Origin: Sminthopsis crassicaudata
Lineage: Eukaryota
Direction: 5' to 3'
Assembly (NCBI RefSeq): GCF_048593235.1
Contig: NC_133620.1
Coordinates: forward strand, 348,988,454-349,052,453
Length of the DNA: 64,000 nucleotides
Shown here: one piece after another, positions 21,841 to 33,100 of the stretch
Layout of the letters: every line of letters starts with the position of its first letter
Numbering within the stretch: position 1 is the stretch's first letter
Translations under genes and position numbers: made by a program
Notes under the pieces: model-generated
Databases searched by the model: none
The model's input: only the letters and a program-made list of their open reading frames with translations
Told to the model about the DNA's origin: nothing

Positions 21841-22095
21841 AGAGGCAGCTGAGATAGCTCAGTAGGTAGATAGCATTGGGCCTGGATGGAGTCAGAAAGA
21901 CCTTTGTTCAAATTCAATCTTGGACACTTACTAGTTGTGTGACCCTGCACAGGTCACTTAGCTTCTGTTTCAGTTTCCTCAATCCTAAAACAGGGACCAT
22001 AATAGCACCTACTTCACAGAGTTGTTGTAAGGATCAACTGAGATAGTAGCTGTACAGCACTTAGCATGTCCCTGCACATAGTGGGTACTGGTGCT
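21841..22095 (+). mobile_element. Near full-length MIR-type CORE-SINE
   Basis: tRNA-like head, core gtgtgaccctg...gtcactta...gtttcctc, and MIR tail gttgttgtaaggatcaa. Confidence 0.8.
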
Positions 22096-22269
22096 TATTC
22101 TCTTCCCTTCCTCTTTACCTCTGCTTTTCTATATTCATTTGTCATTCCTTACACATAGTATTACAGCATTACATTCATGTTCACAATTTGTTCAGCTGAT
22201 CCCCTAAGCAATAGGCCATATACTCTGCTTATAGGTTATTATAAAAAATAACTGGTAGCTCTTGGAATT

Positions 22270-23060
22270 GGAAATCGAGGGGATGGCCATTAATTGGGGA
22301 ATGGCTGAATAAGTTGTGATATAGGAATGTTATGGAATATTATTGTTCTAAAAGACAAGATGAGCAGGCAGATTTCAGAAAAACCTGGAAAGTCACATGA
22401 ATTGATGCTATCATTGTTCTAAAAGAAAATATGAGCAGATTTCAGGAAAACCTGGAAAGACCTACATAAAATGATGTTGAATGAAGTGAGCAGAATCAGG
22501 AGAACATTGTACATAATAACAGCAACATTATGTGATGATCAACTATGATAGCTGTTCTTAGCAATACTAAGACAATAACAATTCTAAGACAATACCAATA
22601 GCCTTGTAATGGAAAATGTTGTCCACATCAACAGAAAGAACTATGGACTAAAAGCAGATTGAAGCATACTATTTTCACCCTTTTTTTTTGCTGTTTTTTC
22701 TTTCTTGTGGTGGTCTCCTTTAATTTTGATTTTTCTTTCACAGCATGACTAATCTGGGTATGTTTAAAATGATTGTATAATATAACCTATATCAGATAGC
22801 TTGTTGGAAGGAAGGGAGGGAGGGAAGGAAGGAAGAGGGAGGAAATTTTGGAGCTCAAAATTTTACAAAAATGAATGTTGATATTTAACATGTATTGGTC
22901 TACTTGCCATCTAGGGGAGGGGGTGGGGAGAAGGAGGGGAAAATTTGGAACAGAAGGTTTTGCAAAGGTCAATGCTGAATAATTACCCATGCATATGTCT
23001 TGTAAATAAAAAGCTATAATAAAAAATGAATGTTGAAAATTATCTTTACATATAATAAGA
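22270..23060 (+). mobile_element. Older L1 3' end
   Basis: ggaatattattgttcta...gaagtgagcagaatcaggagaacattgtaca...gtaaataaaaagct. Confidence 0.85.
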
Positions 23061-24519
23061 AAAAACAAAATACTATTGAGTGAAAAAATAACCACTATAA
23101 TTTGGTTTATATAGATCCTTTTCTTTATCATTGATCTTTGGGCATGTGTCTAGCATTTTACAGAGAAAGAAACTCGTGCTCAGAAAACTGAAGTGACATG
23201 CCCAACATCACACAGAACAATTCAGGACTATAACTAGGTGTCTCTAATCATAGAGACTTCAATAACTTTCTAGAATTTTTTAAGGACAATTCACTACTCA
23301 ACTACTTAATCTCTTCTTCCAATCAGAGTAGGGGAAAGAAAAGTGGAGCAGTTTGAGTTTTCCCATTCCAGGACCTAATCACTGAGTTCTTGGGTTAAAG
23401 AAATATAATATGTGTGTGTGAGCCCATGACACATGCCTTGTATTTAGGGGAATGAACATGTACATTGACCTCCTTCTCTGGGAATGTGCCCTTGCTGAGG
23501 GATAGGTATAACCCAGCAATTCTTGGTTGGTACGTTCTTATTTATGATGGAATTGTCTTGAGTCAGGAAGAGATGTCAATTTATATATGATAGATTCATC
23601 TGGGGATTCTGCTTCCTCTCCTGTGAATTCCCATGAGTAGGAGAAGGGAATGGTAGAGATACAGAAATCTGCTTAGGTAACTGTAACCAATCCTGGAGAA
23701 GCTGATGGGAGTCCTGATAAGAGTTGTGTTTGTGAAAGCCAGGGCCAACCTGGAGTGGATTCATCATGGGGTCCTTATCTCGAAAAGCATCAAGGTTCTA
23801 GTAGCTTTTAGTGAGCTACTGCCAGTCTGTGAAATATAAGAAGGTAGAGAATATAAATCTTATGCTAAATGTACCTCTATCTATAGCAAGTATCTAAGGT
23901 TAAGTTCTGGTGGGATTTTGGAATGTTGGATATGTTGCTCCTGAGAGATAAATGTGGGTCATTCCAATAGGATGGACTNNNNNNNNNNNNNNNNNNNNNN
24001 NNNNNNNNNNNNNNNNNNNNNNNNNNNNNNNNNNNNNNNNNNNNNNNNNNNNNNNNNNNNNNNNNNNNNNNNNNNNNNNNNNNNNNNNNNNNNNNNNNNN
24101 NNNNNNNNNNNNNNNNNNNNNNNNNNNNNNNNNNNNNNNNNNNNNNNNNNNNNNNNNNNNNNNNNNNNNNNNNNNNNNNNNNNNNNNNNNNNNNNNNNNN
24201 NNNNNNNNNNNNNNNNNNNNNNNNNNNNNNNNNNNATAGTGATAATACTTTAAGGAACAAGATGAGAAACAGAAAAGGCCTGGTACAGGAAAGAGCACCA
24301 GAACTGTGCTAGGGAGCTAGGAATCACTATAGTGAATGACATATATAAAGAACATATAAAAAAGTGGGAAGATCAACCACATACCTGCATCTCTCCCCCA
24401 TTTTACCAAGAAAAAAAAAAACATCCATAGGGTCTAGAAGCAGAATAGACAACATTCCATCTACCAATTTGAAGTTTTCAAAGGGGTTGAAGTACAACTG
24501 AGGGAGCAGATATAGATAA

Positions 24520-24801
24520 AGAAAGGCAATCAAGGACATGGCTTTTTTCAACAATTCGGTGATTCAGGCCAATTCCATTAGACTTGTGATGAAGAGAGTC
24601 AATTTAATCCAGAAAGAGAACTATGGGGACTGAATGTGCATCACAAATGGTATTTTCATCTTTTTTTGCTGTTGTTTGCTTGCTTTTTTTTTTCTTTCTC
24701 ATTTTTTTCCTTTTTTATCTGATTTTTCTTGCATAGCATGATAATTGTGGAAATATATATATAGAAGAACTGCACATGTTTAATATATATATATATATAT
24801 A

Positions 24802-24848
<47 letters not shown>

Positions 24849-24970
24849 TTACTTGCTGTCTAGAAGAGGAGATGGGGGGAAGGGAGGGAGAAAAATTTGA
24901 AACACAAGGTTTTGCAAAAGTATGTTGAAAATTAACTTTGCATATATTTTGAAAATAAAAAGTTATTATT
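24520..24970 (+). mobile_element. Older L1 3' end containing a (TA)n microsatellite (~24782-24845)
   Basis: cagaaagagaactatggggactgaatgt...ggaagggagggagaaaaatttgaaacacaagg...gaaaataaaa. Confidence 0.85.
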
Positions 24971-25629
24971 TTAAAAAGCAATCAATCAAGGAAAGAGACA
25001 GATTTATGGAATGGAAACCTACCCCTACCCCACTCTTTACCCTAATCCTGCAGTAGCTAATGTGAGTTCGATAGGGACTCTATAAAGAGACAAAGGACTT
25101 TTGGGTGTCTTTCTGTATCAGAAGTTGTGAGTTGTATTTGCACACTTTTATATCATAAGTGTACCTCACTATTACTTTATTATGTTTGAGCCCATTCTTT
25201 CTATGGATGGTATATGTAATTTTCGGAGAATATACCCCAGGTTGGTGGAGGGAATGTTTTTTACTATGTCATCTTAGTTTTCTAAGAGCAGATCATGTCT
25301 ATTGATTGATAGCTAATGGGAAACACAATAATGGGGGTTATGATATTAGGTATACAAACCCAGAATATCAGCTGTGTGGTGGGTTCTCAAATTTCAAATG
25401 AGAGTGAAGGTTATAGGAATAGCCCAGAAAGAATGCTACAATTATTTTCATTTTTTTGTACCACATAATATTTGTGGTCAGTGTTGATTGAATAATGTAA
25501 ATAAAAAAAGAGAATAATGTAAATCTATCACTTGGATTAAAAGACATTTTTAAGATAAGAGTAAATTATAATTTTTTTTGTAATTAGAATAATAGTTATT
25601 TTTCACAACCCCTAGATAATACTGAATCA

Positions 25630-25815
25630 AGACCAGAAGTGTGCTGGAGTCAGCTCAAAGTAATTTATGAGAGATGATTTTCAATATGAACATTTACATC
25701 CCAGAAATCACCAAATGCAAACATCAGACTTGATTTATTATTTTACTGATTGTCTAGACTTAAGAAAATGAAGGAAAAAATCTTGATAATGTCAATCAAA
25801 TTTAAAAGTGTATTT
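25630..25815. mobile_element. Probable ancient hAT-type DNA transposon remnant
   Basis: gtgtgctggagtcagctc...gacttgatttatta...gattgtctagacttaagaaa resembles mammalian non-autonomous hAT elements from memory; no TIR pair found. Confidence 0.4.
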
Positions 25816-26442
25816 AGTCTTTAGAAAGTGTATAAAGTCTTTAGAAAGCTGATTATTAGACGTTTACCAGCACATCCCTGAGTAGACCAATAATGGTTAC
25901 ATTAGAAGAAGCAAAGTTATCTTCAAGCAATAAAGGGAAAGTTAAGCTAAGAGTTAATAGGCTATATATACCCTCTGTTAGGAATATTGCAATGGGTAAT
26001 GCTCTAATCTTTGGGAAAACTCTTATTCTGAGGGAAACAATGAATGGCAAGTTAAATATAGCACTTTCTGATGGCTATATTATATACTCTACTCTCTTGC
26101 TAGTTAATTCATAAAAAACATATATTTAGAATTAGAAGGGACTTAGAAATCATTTAGCCTCCAATCCTGGTAATTTTATAGATGAAGAAACAAGCTCAAT
26201 GAGGTTACATGTTTGGTCCAAAGTCACACAGGTAATTATTTAGTGACCAAAATGGGTTTTGAACTTGGACACTTTTCCCATTCATCTTTCTACTATTCCA
26301 CATTCCCTCTGTATATTCACACAAAAAAGCAGAACATGAGCCAGGTATAGCTGTTATTGCTACTGAAGCACTCAAATGTCATCAGAGATACCTACCAAAG
26401 GCACACCAACTCTTTACCAATGTTATAGAACTAGATATTTTC

Positions 26443-26822
26443 TTTTTTTTATTTTTATTTATAACATTATCCCTTGTATTCATTTTTCCAAATTATCCCC
26501 TCCCTCCCTCCTCTAGATAACAGGTAATCCCATACATTTTACATATGTTACAATATAACCTAGATACAATATATGTGTGTAAATACCATTTTCTTGTTGC
26601 ACATTAAGTATTAGCTTCCGAAGGTATAAGTAACCTGGGTAGACAGATATTAGTGCTAACAATTTACATTCACTTCCCAGTGTTCCTTCTCTGGGTGTAG
26701 TTGTTTCTGTCCATCATTGATCAGCTGGAAGTGAGTTGGATCTTCTTTATGTTGAAGATATCCACTTCCATCAGAATACCTCTTCATACAGCATTGAAGT
26801 GTACAGCGATCTTCTGGTTCTG
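26443..26822 (-). mobile_element. Young 5'-truncated L1 (380 bp) with perfect 17-bp TSD
   Basis: L1 3'UTR in antisense with T-tail; TSD tagaactagatattttc at 26426-26442 and 26823-26839; L1-endonuclease-like site TTTTC/AA. Confidence 0.93.
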
Positions 26823-28196
26823 TAGAACTAGATATTTTCAAAGATTCCACATAATTTTGACATTCTGTGGGTCTTAAAAAGTAAGCAAAATAGCAAAGTG
26901 AGCAAAAAGTACAGAAATAAAGAAAATGTATTTTTAATTAATTTTTTGGGGTCCTTAGTCTTTTTTTCCCCAGTCATCAACTAAAGAGGATATTAATGAT
27001 TTGATGAAGATTCTCTGTTTTCTCCCGAAAGGGAATTTTTGTTACCTGTGCTTTGAATAGACTAAAGAGGGTTTTGATTTTTGGTTCTATTACTTGCTAC
27101 CTGTGTGGATCTTGGGAATCCCTCTGAGGCTTTTTAAAACATTTATTTATTTATTTATTTATTTTTAGCATCTGTAAATATGAAAGGTTGCACTAGTTTT
27201 CTTCCAGCTCTAAATGTGTGTCTGATTTTGTGAAGTACCTTGTTTCTCTTCATGACCAATGGCAGTTAGTAGACAGCAGAGGGAGCTGCTGGGGTCAAGA
27301 CCTCACTTGGTCACTTTTTAATTGAATATGGAACTTTGTATCTTTAGAGCAAACGGAGTTATCTGGGAGTCAGGAATTCTGAGTTCTTTCCATTCTCTTA
27401 GATGTTGTGGGAAAGAATTTGTGAATTTCCTCTCTTTTCGTGATATGGGGAGATGATCCTGGCTTTACTGAATGGAATAGCTTAATCAAGAAAGGCCCTT
27501 ATTTGGAATTCTTACCCATTAGGTCATCATGATTTATTTGCAGCAAATGCAGGTTGTGGATTTCCTTAATTTTACTTCCTCTAGCATCTGCTCCAAAAGA
27601 TAGCTTGCGTGCAGTGCATATGAAGGCTGGAAGACCTGCATTTTAAATTCCGTGATACCAGGCATATGTGCATAGGAAAGTCATTAAACTTTTCAAAGCA
27701 CTTTAGGAACGGTAAATTGCAGTTTATATCTGTTCCATGTCAGGAGTTCCCACACTGATGCATCAAAATAGGGGACAGTGGGAGGGGGAAAAAAAAAACT
27801 CCACCAAAAATATTTATTTTTTTTAGCCTCTAATTCTCCTGACTCCAGGATTAGTGTTCTGAAATCTTCCACAGAAAGTGATAGAGCTCCGGAGTCTCCG
27901 AATTTGAGCCCAATTCTCACCTCTGATACTTACAAAGTCTCAGCATTCCTAAGGCGTCAATTTCCTCATCTGTGAAATGAGGTGGTTGGATCAGATCTGA
28001 GGTCTTTTCCAAAGACAGATCTACAGACCTGGCCAATTAGATAAAAGAATGCTACTTTNNNNNNNNNNNNNNNNNNNNNNNNNNNNNNNNNNNNNNNNNN
28101 NNNNNNNNNNNNNNNNNNNNNNNNNNNNNNNNNNNNNNNNNNNNNNNNNNNNNNNNNNNNNNNNNNNNNNNNNNNNNNNNNNNNNNNNNNNNNNNN

Positions 28197-28445
28197 GGCT
28201 ATTGGGAAGAGAGACTGGAAGAAGGAGAGATAAGAAAGGAGGAGAGAGAGAGAGAGGAGAGACAAGAGATGGGAAGAGAAAGAGAGAATTGGAGAGAGGA
28301 GATAAAAGAGAAGAGTGGGAAAGAAAAGAAAAGCGAAAAAAAGAGGGACAGAAGGTGAGGGGAAGAGCGGGGAAGAGAAGTGGAGAGAGAAGAAAAGGGG
28401 AGAGAAGAGGGGAAGGGAGAGAGAATAAGAGAATGAGAATACTGG
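28197..28445 (+). repeat. Polypurine (GA-rich) tract upstream of the SOCS7 promoter
   Basis: Almost pure A/G for ~250 nt. Confidence 0.9.
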
Positions 28446-28479
28446 GAAAGGATTAAAACACGCTGGTAATCGAAGACCG

Positions 28480-30130
28480 AGTTCCAGTAAGGACGCATGG
28501 GATTTTTAGTCTTGAGGGGGGTGGAAGGCAGAAAGAGGGGAAAGTGACGTCAGGCGCTAGGCAAAAGCCTCGGCGCGGACCCCGTTCACTGGCTCGTATC
28601 CCGAATACCGATACTCCCACAGTCCGGGCAAGAGGAAGTTGCACTTAGGCGTTGCGGGAGGAGAGCCGGGGAGGAAGGCGTGGCCTGGCCTGGCGCCTCA
28701 CGGAAGTGACCTTATTACAGGGCGGGGACAGCTTACGGCGGCGGCGCGCGGCTGGGTTCGCGCTGGGCTTCCTTGCAAGTGCTTCCCTCTCCCCCCGAAC
28801 CCCCGCCCCTTCCCTCTCTCTTGTTGCCTCCTTCTCCTCCTCCTCCTCCTCCGCCCCCGTAGCCGCCGCCGCGCTCGATGAAGCGGAGGCCGCAGCGGCC
28901 GTTGGCGCTGTCGCTCCCGCTCCCGGGGCCGCGGCGGGCGGAGCTCCGGCCGGGCCCAGCCTAGTCCCCAGCGGTCGGTCGCTCCGCATCTCGCTCCCCG
29001 CCTTCCCCGATGCAGGGGGCCGAGCTCCGGGACGGCGAGGCGGCGGCGGCGGCGGCGGCGGCAGCGGCGGCCTCTTACCGCGTCTTGAGCCGCCTGCTGG
29101 GGTACGGAGAAGCGGCCTCGGAGCCGTCCCCCGCCGCCGCTGCCGCTGCCGTTACCGTCGCCGGCCCCGGGCCATGGACCCCCAGCCGCTGCCCCCCGCC
29201 CAGAGCCCGGTCCCGCCGCCGCCGCCACCCTTCTTGCCGAGGCCGGGGCCCCGGAATTCCCGGCCGCCGCAACTGATGGTGTTCCGCAATGTGGGGCGGC
29301 CGCCAGAGGAGGAGGAGACGGCGGCGGCGGGCCCTGGGCCGGGACCCTCGGAGCTGCTGTGCCCCCCGGCACCGCTGCACCCTGGATCCCAAGGCCCTGC
29401 CGCCGGGGCTGGGGTTGGGGCTGGGCCTGGGGCTGGGGGCTGGAGCGGGGTTGGGGCCCGGCGGCGGGCCGCCGCGGCGGCCGCGGGGCTGGAGGCCCAC
29501 CTGGCAGCTCTCGGGCTGGGGCCGGCTGGCAAGGGCCCGGGGCCCGCCGGAGGCAGCTGTCCGTGTGCTCCGCAGCCCCCCACGCCGCAGCCCCCGCCGC
29601 CAGCTGCGGTCCCACAAGCGGGCGAGGATCCCACGGAGACAAGCGATGCGCTGCTAGTCCTGGAGGCGCTGGAGTCGGAGGCCGAGAGCCTGGAGACCAA
29701 CAGCTGCTCGGAGGAGGAGCTCAGCAGCCCCGACCGGGGGGGCGGGCGCAGGAGGTGGCGGCGGTGGCAGCCGGTCCGCGTCTCTTCATCCCCTGGCCCC
29801 CGAGCTGCCGCCCGCGCCCTTCCCGCTGCAGGACCTGGTGCCCCCTGGGCGGCCTTCCAGAATGGAACCCCCCGCCACCCCCCGCATCAGCAGCCCTCGG
29901 CGCCCCCTCCGGCCGCCCCTGGGCACCTCCCGCAAGGGCTCGCTCAGAATCCGCCTCAGCCGCCTCTTCCGCACCAAGAGTTGTAATGGGGCCTCGGCCA
30001 GCGGAGATGCGGCGGGCAAGAGGCCTCCGGGGGAGTTGGCTGCCTCTTCCGTGAGTCTGACCGACGTGGGAGGCCCCAGGGCCCGGGAGCCTGAGGCGGG
30101 GGAGGTGAGCCTGCTGGCGGCGAAGGGGGG
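28480..30130 (+). promoter_or_regulatory. SOCS7 CpG-island promoter with CRE, ETS and GC-box motifs
   Basis: Very high GC and CpG content in an otherwise AT-rich, CpG-poor window. TGACGTCA at 28545-28552; ACGGAAGTGAC at 28700-28710; GGGCGGGG at 28720-28727; no TATA box seen. Confidence 0.85.
29010..30104 (+). CDS. SOCS7: SOCS7 exon 1 (low-complexity N-terminus), split over all three frames
   Basis: SOCS7-like blocks alternate between ORFs 29010-29276, 28652-29986, 29289-29657, 29359-30054 and 29838-30620. Donor AG/GTGAGC after 30104. A second ATG (MVFRNV) lies at 29276. Confidence 0.9.
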
Positions 30131-33100
30131 GAAGGCTGTCGGCTACCTCTCGTTCCTTTCTCTCCCCCTCCTCTTCACCCTTTTCTCCTCTCTCTCCCCC
30201 TTTCTCTCCCTTCTTACCCCCTATTTCTCCTTTCTCTGTTCCCTTCTGTTTTCCTTTTGTACTCCCTCTTCCTCTTTTCCCTCCACCCTCCCTTTCCTCT
30301 CTTCTTTCCCTCATCTGCCCTCTCCCCCTCCTTTATCCTCTTCTCCCCCTTCTCTATCCCCCCTCCACACCACTGTCCCACTTCTTTCTTCCCTCTCTTC
30401 CCCCCTCTCCCCTTTTCTCTTTCCTCCTTACTTTACTTCCTACTTTCTCTCCTATCTCCTCCCTCTTCTTCTCTCATCTCTTTCCTGGCTTTTCCCTCTT
30501 CCTCTTTCCCCCCTGTCTTCTTTCTCCTTCCCTACTTCTTTCCTCACTCTTCCTCTTTTCCCTTTCATCTCTTCCCTCCTTTCCCTAATAAGGAAATTGA
30601 GATTCCAGGGACCAGGTTGAATAGAATATTCTCTTATTACCCTTCCAGGACTGTTAGTGAATTACAATAACTGGTAAAGAAATAGACTGAAGTCTCCCCT
30701 GCACTTAAGATGTCTCAGTTAGCCAGTAATCCTGGGTGCAGGAACTTGAACACAGGCTGTGGCCTGTTATTGGTTTCTGTATAGTGCTCCCTGTCCTTCC
30801 CTTCTGACTTCATGAGTAGTTTTTCTGGAGGTATGGTCTTTTGAGACTGGGGTTGGGTATTCCTCCCATTTCTTCAGAGGTGCTTCTTTTGTGACCTAGA
30901 ATTCACTTACTTGGTTTATAGTTAGGGTCATAAGACAAGGCAGCTTGAATCCTCTTGAAACTAGGTCAGAAGTTTTGGAAACTTGCTTAAGTTGCCCAAG
31001 TATATCATAAGGAATCCATGCTTCTGTATTGGCCATCTAATTGTGGGCCAGTTGATGAAAATTCTAATTTAGAAAAGGAATTTAATTTCTTAATGGAGGC
31101 GGAATTTTCTTTAAAAGATATGGTTGACTACCATAGTGTTTATTTAGAAGACTGGATTACTGGTTTCTGTCTAGTGGCATTGGAACTTCTCTTGTGGGAA
31201 CTATTAATAGGGTTTTACTTCCTGGGAATTGGTTATGTTTTTTTTTCTTTAATATTTTTTAATATAGTTTATGAGTGACATGTTCCTGAGGACATTTCCA
31301 TTGTACTGGAATAAGCCAGGAACATATGGAAGGGCCTGAAAGTAAAGAAGGCAGGGTTGAGTCAGTAGGTGATGGTCTGAGCAGGAACTTCTGTATAAAC
31401 ATTTGGTATTGTCTTTATCTTACTGAAGTTAATTTTTTCTAGGAGATAGGAGCATAAGGTTGATTTGCAATCACTTTTGAACAGCCATGCTATCTGTTCC
31501 CTTTGGAGATCAGGCCATACTTGTTTCTAAAAGAGCTGTTAGTACATTTTACCCCTTTACTTGAGTGAATGTTTGCCCCTTAAGTGTCTTTAATGGATTA
31601 ATGATGGGAACTGAGGTCTCTATGTGTGGCTGCTGAAACAGCTTTTTATGCACTTGGCACTCTATCTACTAGTGAAAATTAAATTTTCAACAATGGTATG
31701 GGTTCGTGGGAGAGTTAAGCAAAATGTAATGACATAAGATAGTTTGCTCATGTTTTTGTGGTTTGTAAATTGCCTTTGTTCTTTATTGACCAGGGCTTGG
31801 GTCTGTGATTTCAGAATCTCCAAATATGAGGTGTGGCGTGAAATTAGCTGCTATATCCAACAGATTTGAGAGTAGAAAATGCATATACAGTTACATGGCT
31901 TTTGCCTTTGGTAGCAGATTTTAATGACCTTTGGGTGTTCAGGCTCCAACTCTTCACAGTGAGCATAATGAAGATTTCTGCTACAAAGCAAATTGTTCAG
32001 CAAAGAGGCTTAGTTCAGGATACCAGAGAATTAAGGTTTTTGGTCCAGGGACTTTCTGACAAAGGTATCGAATGTGAACATGTCCAGCGTTATGCAGTGG
32101 CCATTTATTTGGGGGAAATGCTGAATTGATTGGATTTAAGAGGCCTGAATTGAATTCCAACATTAGTTTGGTAACCTTGGGCAAGCTCCTACCTCCTTTG
32201 TTTGCCACATTTCCTCTCTCTAAAATGAGAGGCTAATCTCAGCCCCAACATCTTGTGCTGTTTGGAAGAAAAACTAAGGATCTGATTGCAGTAGAAGTTA
32301 AGTCCTTTTTAAGTGCTTGGCTGTGGTGCTGCTTGTCATATTTCCCATAGCTTATGATGTGCCAGTCTTGCTGGCAGCCTCACAGCTGTGAGAGACTTGT
32401 TAAAAGTCTGTTCCTGGTAGCTATGATTTCTATAGATCTTATTAGCCAACTCTCAATAAGGCCTTGTTAGGGGAAGGGAAGTAAGTAAGGTTATATGGTT
32501 TTGAATCAGTGAGACCTAAGGATGGGTCTTTCATTTTGCTATTTGATGGTTGGATTTAATTATGGGCCTGTGTTTTCATTGGGGCATAGTTTGTTTTTTT
32601 ACTGACCCCTGGATATGTTTGCCAGTGTCTCTTCATTTCCTTTCTCTCCACCCCCTCCCCTCTCACTTGTCTTATAATAATTGACTCTTGCAGCTACCAC
32701 AAGCCATTTCACCTGTCTTAGCACTTCTTTTAATATCCTGGCACTAAGCAACAGCTTTAGCTCTTAAAAATGCCTTCAAAACTGCTGCATGGTTTTGCCT
32801 CCTTGCATCCTGAGACCTTTGTGTTTAGGATCAGAGTCTGCTTAGTGAGTCCAGTTAAGGTGAGGAGCGAAATGTTAGGCTGGGATTTATATTGTTATAT
32901 TGGAATGGGAATAGCAAAGCTACTATATATGGTCTAAATCTGGATAGAGCATTGTTTCAGAAAAGCCAGAGAAATATCCTAATCCATTTTAAAGGTGTTG
33001 AAATGGTTGTCCTTTGGTTTGGAAGAAGGTATCACTTAAATATCCTGTTAGCCTGGTCCTGTCTTTTCTGACTTTCCTAAATTACCCTCCAGTACATACA

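Larger units (their letters stand above)
18280..28196. other. Six assembly gaps: 18280-18475, 19247-19795 (single T at 19530), 19888-20166, 21472-21619, 23979-24235, 28059-28196
   Basis: N runs read directly; several border (TTCC)n or GA-rich tracts or a SINE. Confidence 0.98.

Noticed and set aside
23576-26114. Short intergenic ORFs (63-75 aa) as a hidden gene
   Set aside because: No recognisable domain, no consistent exon chain, and mixed with repeats and gaps.
18210-28265. ORFs containing X runs
   Set aside because: Artefacts of translating through N gaps.
29274-29278. TGATG stop-restart (termination-reinitiation) signal
   Set aside because: It is simply CTG ATG (Leu-Met) in the true frame; the stop is in frame only because of the probable indel errors.
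28645-30620. Long ORFs on both strands around SOCS7 exon 1 (444, 314, 260, 197 aa) as new genes
   Set aside because: Stop codons are rare in GC-extreme and CT-rich sequence. The + strand ones are frameshifted pieces of SOCS7 or intron read-through.
32360-32392. 6-bp hairpin plus 14-bp perfect palindrome CTCACAGCTGTGAG
   Set aside because: About four 14-bp palindromes are expected by chance in 64 kb (64000/4^7); no other support.
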